The position numbers and the translations under genes are program-made. Below are positions 47,093 to 53,689 of a DNA stretch of 64,000 nt, in pieces. Positions within the stretch are counted from its first letter, which is position 1. Each line of letters begins with the position of its first letter. The notes under the pieces are model-generated. The model made no database searches. It saw only the letters and a list, made by a program, of their open reading frames with translations, and was not told the DNA's origin. Source of the DNA: an uncultured virus (IMG/VR IMGVR_UViG_3300043425_000347) (lineage: Duplodnaviria; Heunggongvirae; Uroviricota; Caudoviricetes); the IMG/VR virus record IMGVR_UViG_3300043425_000347, one strand, 5' to 3'.

Positions 47093-47368
47093 TCAGTCTC
47101 GGTAGCCACCGCCAGCGGCTTTGTACTTCTTAGCCACAAGCTGGGCTTTACGGGCTGACCACTGGCCAGCACCGGTGCCGTGCGTTGCAGCAGCTTTGAC
47201 TTGGCTCACGATCCGCTTGCGCAGACCGGGCTTGGTGTAATTGCCAGCCGCATTGACTTTGCCGCCTTCAGCATACTGCGTGAAGTCGGTGTCATCCCGG
47301 CGTGCTTTACGCACACCCTCGGGCATTTTGGATGGGAGGATGGCTCCCATGCCGCGACTGGCTCTCAT
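47093..47368 (-). CDS. small basic protein (NYTKP.LR...GQWSARKAQ...YKAAGGGY)
   Basis: Tightly packed string. Confidence 0.6.
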   Translation of the reverse strand: MRASRGMGAILPSKMPEGVRKARRDDTDFTQYAEGGKVNAAGNYTKPGLRKRIVSQVKAAATHGTGAGQWSARKAQLVAKKYKAAGGGYRD

Positions 47369-47369
47369 G

Positions 47370-47576
47370 TCAGACCATCCTGCCTTTTGTGTGGCCCTTG
47401 GTCACGCAACCATCCGCACGCGTGACACCGCCCTTGGCCATCTTTTTCGCGGGAGCAAACATCTTGTCCGCCATGTTCATGGCTTTTGTGGTGTGCCCCG
47501 CAGACGGACGAGTCGGCTCATTGGCCATGTCCTCGTACATCTGCTTGACGGTTTTCATGCGTGGGGTATCGCTCAT
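47370..47576 (-). CDS. small basic virion protein (MAKGG...RADG...KG.TKG)
   Basis: Paralog of the next gene. Confidence 0.6.
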   Translation of the reverse strand: MSDTPRMKTVKQMYEDMANEPTRPSAGHTTKAMNMADKMFAPAKKMAKGGVTRADGCVTKGHTKGRMV

Positions 47577-47577
47577 G

Positions 47578-47769
47578 TCAAATCATCCGACCTTTTGTGT
47601 GACCCTTGGTCACGCAACCATCAGCACGAGTCACGCCGCCCTTGGCCATCTTCCTTGCGGGGGCTGGCCGGGGTGGGGTAGTGCTGGCAGCGTTGTACGC
47701 CTTTTCGGCGGCTTCGGCGGCCTTCTTGTCCGACATCATCTGGCGGGCTTCTTTTTCTGCGGGGCTCAT
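47578..47769 (-). CDS. small basic virion protein (MAKGG...RADG...KG.TKG)
   Basis: AAGGAG RBS; C-terminus nearly identical to 47370..47576. Confidence 0.6.
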   Translation of the reverse strand: MSPAEKEARQMMSDKKAAEAAEKAYNAASTTPPRPAPARKMAKGGVTRADGCVTKGHTKGRMI

Positions 47770-47779
47770 GTTGCGCTCC

Positions 47780-48121
47780 TTATTTGCAGGCTTTGCCGCC
47801 GTAGGCCATCTTGACCATGGTGCCCTTGGTCTTACCCTTGGACTCGATGCCACCGCCCTTGGCGTAGCCTTTGCCCTTGGCTTCGGCCATTTCGTGTTTG
47901 ATCATGGACTTGGGAGCGCCCTTCTTCTTCATGAAGGACACTTCCTTTTTCACCATTGCTTTGGACTCTTTCATATCGCCACCTTCTTTAAATTTGCGGC
48001 CCTTGTCCGCGTTGATGAACTCTTTGCCCACTGAGGCGGGCACCCCGGCCTTCTTGGCAAACGATGGGTTGTTGGCCACCGCCGCCATGAAATTGTGCTG
48101 TTTCTTACTTGTGCTCGGCAT
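47780..48121 (-). CDS. small basic virion protein (MPSTSKKQ..FM.A)
   Basis: Lys-rich, three xxxGG motifs. Confidence 0.6.
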   Translation of the reverse strand: MPSTSKKQHNFMAAVANNPSFAKKAGVPASVGKEFINADKGRKFKEGGDMKESKAMVKKEVSFMKKKGAPKSMIKHEMAEAKGKGYAKGGGIESKGKTKGTMVKMAYGGKACK

Positions 48122-48308
48122 CGGGTTTCTTTCGACGGATCAACTCCGCAAAAGGCTTGCCCGTCACCATTTCTGCAATACGCATCAACGTCCAGACAGC
48201 ACCAATCAAACCAAACACAGGGGTGAGCATTTCTAAAAAAGCACCAATTGTGGCCGTCACAGACACAATATCCAGCACGTTCTTTGCGGTTTCGTGGTTC
48301 GCACTCAT
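48105..48308 (-). CDS. small membrane protein
   Basis: Hydrophobic core; W...RI.E. Confidence 0.5.
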   Translation of the reverse strand: MSANHETAKNVLDIVSVTATIGAFLEMLTPVFGLIGAVWTLMRIAEMVTGKPFAELIRRKKPDAEHK

Positions 48309-48309
48309 A

Positions 48310-48564
48310 TCAGCACTTCCAAGCCCGCAGGCTTTTGTTGATCCGCGAGTTGGGGTCTTTGGCCGTCTTCTCGCTGGTCAGCTTCTTTTTCATGCCCTCC
48401 ATACGGGCGCAAAAAGAGTCGCGGCGTTTGCCGCCCTCGGGCTGGGGAGCCTTCAGGCCGGGCTTGCCGGGGTTCGCTTTGTTGTACGAGGCTCGCCCCT
48501 TGGCGTTCAAGCCACCCTTTTCGGACTTGCCCTCTTTGCGCTGCCATGCTGGAGTCTTAGGCAT
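48310..48564 (-). CDS. small basic protein (DUF6321-like; GGLNAKGRA...RRDSFCARM...W.C)
   Basis: Conserved phage motif pattern. Confidence 0.65.
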   Translation of the reverse strand: MPKTPAWQRKEGKSEKGGLNAKGRASYNKANPGKPGLKAPQPEGGKRRDSFCARMEGMKKKLTSEKTAKDPNSRINKSLRAWKC

Positions 48565-48829
48565 AGAACACCGTCACTTTGGCGTTGGTCAGAGTAACGT
48601 AGGCGTCAGTCTGAAAAACGATACCGTCGGCTGGGATGACCATTGAAAAAGTCTCGCCGTTGGCCGAAGTGTTGATGGTCATAATGATGGTCCCACTGGC
48701 TCCGCCGTCCCGAAAGACAACAGAACCTGCGCTGGCTCCGGGCTCAATCAACGCGCCGCGAATACGCGTGCGCTGGTTAAACGCAGTACCTGACGCAGCC
48801 AGCGATACGGCTTTAATATCGGTTTGCAT
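48557..48829 (-). CDS. virion protein (MQTDIK...IP.DG..F...VTVFY)
   Basis: AGGAG RBS. Confidence 0.6.
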   Translation of the reverse strand: MQTDIKAVSLAASGTAFNQRTRIRGALIEPGASAGSVVFRDGGASGTIIMTINTSANGETFSMVIPADGIVFQTDAYVTLTNAKVTVFYA

Positions 48830-48848
48830 AATCAATCTCCTGTAAAGC

Positions 48849-48864
48849 AGGGGCCGAAGCCCCT
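48849..48864 (-). other. cUUCGg tetraloop hairpin identical to 14410-14425
   Basis: Reverse complement reads AGGGGCTTCGGCCCCT. Confidence 0.7.
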
Positions 48865-48872
48865 AAGATCAA

Positions 48873-49286
48873 TTAGGCAGTGCGGGTGAACACGTACGCT
48901 GTAGGGCTGGAAAACATGATCGTGTAACGAGCCAAGCCTGTAGCGCCAGCAGCGATTGTCAGGTCACCGAACGAACCTGCGGTGTCTGCAGCAGCCGACG
49001 ACAAAATGGCGTTGGTGTTTACCGCGACGGTCACGGTGTTAGCGCCAGCGGTGTTGTCGATAAACAAGTCCATCGAGGTGCCTTGCGTGGCGTTCAGTGC
49101 AGCGCCCAGAGCAGTGCCTGTTGGCAGTGTGATGGTTGTGGCGGCAGCCGAAGTGGATGTGATGTAGCCAGAAGCAACTTGGGCTGCGGTGGCTGTAGCG
49201 GTGGCGTTGATGGCTTGCGCTGTAACGTGGTCAACGATAAAACCGTTTTGCGATACAACTGGGCCGGAGAAGGTGGTGCGTGCCAT
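48873..49286 (-). CDS. capsid decoration/fibre-like protein (MARTTFSGPV.S.NGF)
   Basis: GAGGA RBS; Ala/Thr-rich. Confidence 0.6.
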   Translation of the reverse strand: MARTTFSGPVVSQNGFIVDHVTAQAINATATATAAQVASGYITSTSAAATTITLPTGTALGAALNATQGTSMDLFIDNTAGANTVTVAVNTNAILSSAAADTAGSFGDLTIAAGATGLARYTIMFSSPTAYVFTRTA

Positions 49287-49291
49287 GATAG

Positions 49292-49370
49292 TTTCCTCAT
49301 GCGGTTGAGGCGTATCTGTCTGCATGACGTCGGCCCGGAGCCGTCAGATACACCGGAAAGTCCGGGGTTG
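49292..49370 (-). ncRNA. candidate structured cis-RNA (possibly Mu-gpT-DE-like) in the leader of 48873..49286
   Basis: 10-bp stem GGUGUAUCUG/CAGAUACGCC, inner CGGC/GCCG hairpin, two pseudoknot-capable pairs (CCCGGA/UCCGGG and UCAUGC/GCAUGA). Confidence 0.55.
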
Positions 49371-49380
49371 GTGCAATATA

Positions 49381-49983
49381 TCATTGCTCTGTGGCGTGGT
49401 CAACGTGCTTGTTGGACTTTTTCAAGTTTTCTTCTTGGGTGATCACGCGCAGGTTCCACGGCACGTGCAGGCCGCAAACCGATTCACCGCGCAACGGCAC
49501 GATGTGATCGACTACGTACTGCTCCCCAGTTGTCTGGGTCATGGTGATGGCGATCTGGTAAAGCTGCCGAATCTCGGACTTCTGTTTGCGCGTAAGCCAC
49601 GGCGGTGTTGCGTCTCTGTGTTTACGGCGGCGGACTTTATTGTCGGCCAGCACCTGTGTTTTATTTGCTTCTTTCCACGCGTTGCGATATTCCCGCAGCA
49701 CGGCGGCGGGTCGCGTAGCTGCAGCCTGAATTACTTGCTCACGGTTGTCCAAGTACCAGCCGTGCTTCTTCTCCCGCACCTCTTCCTTGCGGTTGTACTC
49801 CCTGAAGTATTCCGCTCTGGTTTCTGCGGCTTGCTGCCACTCGACCTTCAGGCACTCGACGCACGCCCCTTTGGTTTTGCGCGGTGCAATGTGGCCATGC
49901 TTGCAAGGCTCGCCCGTGAAATAGTATTTGGCTCCTGCGGCCTTGGCCTCGGCTCGGGTTTTGGGTAGGTTTGTGGTGTCCAT
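49381..49983 (-). CDS. free-standing HNH homing endonuclease
   Basis: YFTGEPCKHGH...CVEC; ATPPWL; VDHIVPL...VCGLHVPWNL...N..KSN. Confidence 0.88.
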   Translation of the reverse strand: MDTTNLPKTRAEAKAAGAKYYFTGEPCKHGHIAPRKTKGACVECLKVEWQQAAETRAEYFREYNRKEEVREKKHGWYLDNREQVIQAAATRPAAVLREYRNAWKEANKTQVLADNKVRRRKHRDATPPWLTRKQKSEIRQLYQIAITMTQTTGEQYVVDHIVPLRGESVCGLHVPWNLRVITQEENLKKSNKHVDHATEQ

Positions 49984-50045
49984 ATTGGCTCCTGTGACTT
50001 AGTAACAGGTAATGTACACGATCTGGCACAAAAAACAAGGGGGCA

Positions 50046-50072
50046 AGAAAAAAGGCCCCGAAGGGCCTTTTT
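50046..50072 (-). terminator. intrinsic terminator after the major capsid gene (GGCCC-TTCG-GGGCC-T6), potentially bidirectional
   Basis: Stem-loop flanked by A- and T-runs. Confidence 0.8.
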
Positions 50073-50093
50073 GGAGTACTTTTAGTACTAGGT

Positions 50094-51026
50094 TCAGTTA
50101 GAACCGGAGCTGCCCCAGATACCCAATGGATCGGACCAGCCGAACGAATAACGCTCGCGGGCCTTGTAGCGGACGTTTCCGGTGTCGAAATCACCGTCCA
50201 TGGAAGTGGCCAGAGCGGAACGCTCGAAGTGCTTCAGGCCGTTTGGAACGTCTGTGGTCAGGAACCAAGCGTTTGTGTCGGTCAAGAAGTGGTTGACGGT
50301 GTAGCCACCGGAGATGGTGCCCATCTGCTTGATAGCGTTGATGTCGTTATCAGCAGTAGCCACGCGCAGCTCGGTGTCAAGCAGACGCTTGGCAACGAAC
50401 ATCAGCGATGGAGGGATCACCAACTTGACTGGCTTGGCAGCGATCAGCAGGCCGCGTTCATCAACCCAAGCAGCGATTTGGATCGTTGCGTTTTCCAGAG
50501 CGGTCTCGTTCAAGTCCACGCCGGTAGTTGGGCTGTTGAAGTTCACGCCGCCGCCCACGAGTGGGTGACCAACGCGAGTGCCGCCAGAGTTGTTGCCGAA
50601 CAGGGAAACGCCGTCGCCGCCGGGGAAAGCGCCAGAGAAGCCGTTGTTCAACACGGAGGCAGCTTTGACCTGCTTGGTGAAGGCCATACCGCGAGCCAGA
50701 GCCTTGGTGTAGCGGGCAGACAGACTGTCATACAGGTTGTCTTCCACAGCTTCTTCAGTGATGGAGAAGCCCAAAGCGATGGTTTCGTGGGTGTAGCGAG
50801 CAGTGAATGCTTCCTGCGCGTTGTCATAAGCAATGGCTGCGCCTTCTTGCTTGACAGGTGCAGCACCAAAGCCGGACAGCTTGGTTTCTTCTTCAAAGCT
50901 ACGCTCCGATTTCTCGGTTTCGTAGATTTCTTTGTGCTCTTCGCCGTAGCGTGCATATTCCAAACCGAACAAAGCGTTCAGACCGGGGAGCAGCTCTTTG
51001 AGCAGTTGTGCGCGTGAAATTGCCAT
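50094..51026 (-). CDS. major capsid protein (Mu gpT-like, HK97 fold)
   Basis: MAISRAQLLKELLPGLNALFGLEY...DG..LF...HP...RYKARERYSFGWSD; strong RBS, followed by a terminator. Confidence 0.85.
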   Translation of the reverse strand: MAISRAQLLKELLPGLNALFGLEYARYGEEHKEIYETEKSERSFEEETKLSGFGAAPVKQEGAAIAYDNAQEAFTARYTHETIALGFSITEEAVEDNLYDSLSARYTKALARGMAFTKQVKAASVLNNGFSGAFPGGDGVSLFGNNSGGTRVGHPLVGGGVNFNSPTTGVDLNETALENATIQIAAWVDERGLLIAAKPVKLVIPPSLMFVAKRLLDTELRVATADNDINAIKQMGTISGGYTVNHFLTDTNAWFLTTDVPNGLKHFERSALATSMDGDFDTGNVRYKARERYSFGWSDPLGIWGSSGSN

Positions 51027-51039
51027 GGTACTTTACTCC

Positions 51040-51642
51040 TTAGATGCCGACGGCGTTGGTGTAGGCGTGAGCGCCGGGGTTGAACTTAACCAGCACGTCA
51101 GGGAAAGCATCAGTCACTGGGGAAGCGAAACCGATGATCTTGAACGCGGCAGCGGTAGTCACAACGGTGTTCTCCAAAGCGCTGGTGGAGTTGCCAGTCT
51201 GGGTAGAACCAGTGCTGGTGCTCTGTGCAGCGGCAAAGAAGGTGTTTGCGCCCAAAGCGGCTTGGGTGGTTGTGCCATCCAGCTGAGCTTGGAATGTGAC
51301 GTTGGGGTCGGTGATCACGTATGCAGTCACCACGCCGGTTGTGCCGGAGGGGTAGTACTGAGCGTAAATCTGTTGACCTTGCGCGTTGATGTACGAGCAG
51401 CCAACAAACACACCCCAAGCACCCAGAGTGTTGCCACCGAGGTTGTTGGTCGTCAAGTCTGCGCCAGTGGCGGTCGACAGGGCGATGTAGCCGTTGGCGT
51501 TAATGATAACGACTTGGCCATTGAAGATGTTGGATGCCAGACCTGCGGGATCAATCAGGAACTGACTTGTAGCGCCAGCATATGCCATGCCGTCGTTACG
51601 GTTTACGGCGCGAAGGCCGTATGGGGACTGAGTTGTTGCCAT
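51040..51642 (-). CDS. capsid cement/minor head protein
   Basis: PYGL...IF.G..V...GVFVGC.Y...DP...F..Q; directly upstream of the capsid gene. Confidence 0.6.
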   Translation of the reverse strand: MATTQSPYGLRAVNRNDGMAYAGATSQFLIDPAGLASNIFNGQVVIINANGYIALSTATGADLTTNNLGGNTLGAWGVFVGCSYINAQGQQIYAQYYPSGTTGVVTAYVITDPNVTFQAQLDGTTTQAALGANTFFAAAQSTSTGSTQTGNSTSALENTVVTTAAAFKIIGFASPVTDAFPDVLVKFNPGAHAYTNAVGI

Positions 51643-51656
51643 TTAAGGACTCCTTG

Positions 51657-52115
51657 TTACTTTGAACCAGAACCAAACCCACCACCACGACTGGTCGATG
51701 ACTTGCGGTCAGCGAACAGAGGCATGCGGGGGTCATTGTTTCGCATGAAACTGTTATCCACAGATTCCATCTGGGCTTGCGCTTGTTTGGCGTAATACTC
51801 GTCACGGGCTTGTGCGCGTTCACGTGGCATCTTGCAGAGCATGAGGCCGCCGAGTTCGACGTTTCCGGTCTTCGCATTACCCTCAAGCATAAGCTCGGGA
51901 TGGTCCACTGCTTTTACCGGCTCCCAACCTTCACGCATCTTGGTAGACACGTTTGTGTTTTGGGGCTGACCAAGAACGTGTGTCGCAATCCAGCGATAAA
52001 CCATTCCGGGTTCAGGTGTCGGGTCGGGCAGTGCGCTCGCAGGTGTATACACGTAGCGAGTAGTTTTATCGCGTGCCTCAAGTGCACGAGGGTTCCGGTT
52101 AGTTGTTTCAGCCAT
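51657..52115 (-). CDS. conserved head-module protein (YRWI...REGWEPV...GGLMLC)
   Basis: Position between scaffold and capsid genes. Confidence 0.6.
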   Translation of the reverse strand: MAETTNRNPRALEARDKTTRYVYTPASALPDPTPEPGMVYRWIATHVLGQPQNTNVSTKMREGWEPVKAVDHPELMLEGNAKTGNVELGGLMLCKMPRERAQARDEYYAKQAQAQMESVDNSFMRNNDPRMPLFADRKSSTSRGGGFGSGSK

Positions 52116-53058
52116 TCGATTTCTCCAGTTTTGCTACTTCAGCAGCGTATTGCTGCGGGGTCAGTCCGTACTTTTTAGCCAACGCAGCTTGCGTAGGCGT
52201 AAGTTGGATTTTTCTTGCTCCAGTCGAACGAGTCGCTGGCGCAACAACCGAGGTAGGTCGTCGGGAGCCATCGCCGGATTTCGGCCGGTCTTCCGCGCCA
52301 CCGAAAACTTCGGGGAACGTAGACTTCATGCGAGCATCAATGCGCTCGAAGTAATCGTCAGAGCGGGGATCAACCCCGGAGTTGACTAGCTTTTGGTGCA
52401 GCCCTAGTGCAAAGCTGGTGACTTCCTCGTACCCCGGTGAACCGAACCACTGGTTTTTTGCCTGCCAGCGAGCAGTCTTTTCGTCCAGCTCTTGACGGGG
52501 TGCTTGGATTTGTTGTGTTTGTACATCAGTTTCATCGACCTGTAAAGGTGCTGGCTTGAAATTTTTTGCAGCCTGCACTTTCATCTTGGCATCCATCAAC
52601 GCATCTTGCGCTGCAATGACGCCGTCGGTGTCAAAAGCCTCTGTCGCTTCCTTGAGTTGACGCTTGGCCTTCTCAACTTCAGTCTCGGCCAGCGACAGCT
52701 GGGAAGCTGCGTACTGCTCCGTGCCGGTATTGACATACTGCTTGAGCTTTTTGTTTTCTTCGGCCATGTGCTGAGCAAGGCGTTCGAGCTCTTGCTTCTC
52801 GCGCAGCAGGGCTTCTTTGGCCCGGCGCTCGTCGTGACGTGCGTGGGTCAGCTCCTTGATGCGCTTTTTAACGCCGTCAGAGTACGACTCAATCTCATCA
52901 TCAGTGGGGTCCGCCACTTCACGGTCCAACGGCTTGCGGCCACGGTCTTTTTCGGGGGTATCGTCAACGATCTCGACTTCGACTTCGTCGTCAGTAGAGA
53001 CTTCCAGATTGACGTTTTTGTCGTCATCCAGTTCGTCCGGGAACTTGTAAGCGTCCAT
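52108..53058 (-). CDS. capsid scaffolding protein
   Basis: Acidic N-terminus, coiled coil, W..KN.WFG, C-terminal LT..Q...AKK.G.T...YA. Confidence 0.7.
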   Translation of the reverse strand: MDAYKFPDELDDDKNVNLEVSTDDEVEVEIVDDTPEKDRGRKPLDREVADPTDDEIESYSDGVKKRIKELTHARHDERRAKEALLREKQELERLAQHMAEENKKLKQYVNTGTEQYAASQLSLAETEVEKAKRQLKEATEAFDTDGVIAAQDALMDAKMKVQAAKNFKPAPLQVDETDVQTQQIQAPRQELDEKTARWQAKNQWFGSPGYEEVTSFALGLHQKLVNSGVDPRSDDYFERIDARMKSTFPEVFGGAEDRPKSGDGSRRPTSVVAPATRSTGARKIQLTPTQAALAKKYGLTPQQYAAEVAKLEKSNG

Positions 53059-53067
53059 TTCTGCTCC

Positions 53068-53502
53068 TTATGCGCGGGTATAACCGCGTGGGTCTTGCAC
53101 AACACACTCAATCTGGTCGTCGTTCAGAACCCTGAACTCCTTACCAAACACCTTGAATCGCGTACCTGTATAGGTGCGCACGAGCACAAAGTCACCCTCT
53201 GTACACCATGCACCCGAGGGGAACTTGGCAGGGTCTTTGTACGCGTCTGGTCCGACCCGAAGCACAAACAGCACGGTTGTCGCGTGTTCTTCAGCTCTCA
53301 TGGTCGCAGCATCTCGAACGAGGTCGAGGGTCGTACCGGCGATTTTTTCATCGACTTCCGGCACAACGCACAGCAGCTTGTATCCCGTGGGTACGGGCAG
53401 TGCCGATGCTTTGGTTTCGTTGTCCGCGTCGGCCTCTGGGGCGTCAAGCGGCTGAATGTGTTTGGGCAGTGTGATGCCCGGAGGCAGAATGATTTCACTC
53501 AT
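53068..53502 (-). CDS. groES: GroES-like co-chaperonin
   Basis: PTGYKLL...VLRVGPDAY...GDFV...YTG......EFRVLNDDQI. Confidence 0.85.
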   Translation of the reverse strand: MSEIILPPGITLPKHIQPLDAPEADADNETKASALPVPTGYKLLCVVPEVDEKIAGTTLDLVRDAATMRAEEHATTVLFVLRVGPDAYKDPAKFPSGAWCTEGDFVLVRTYTGTRFKVFGKEFRVLNDDQIECVVQDPRGYTRA

Positions 53503-53689
53503 CTGATTGCTCTACTTTCTCTACAAGGTCGAGGAGGTGACGCTCTGCAGTCGCTAGGCCTTGAATCACGCCGCAGAGTTTTTGGTAATCGTCAAAAGAG
53601 CGACACATCCCACCCGCCAAGTCATCGGCGTAGTTGTTCATGTCGGTGCGTAATTTCTCGCGCAATACGCGTGCGAAGTCGGAGATCAT
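53495..53689 (-). CDS. small conserved protein between portal and GroES
   Basis: Y..LCG.IQGL pattern. Confidence 0.6.
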   Translation of the reverse strand: MISDFARVLREKLRTDMNNYADDLAGGMCRSFDDYQKLCGVIQGLATAERHLLDLVEKVEQSDE

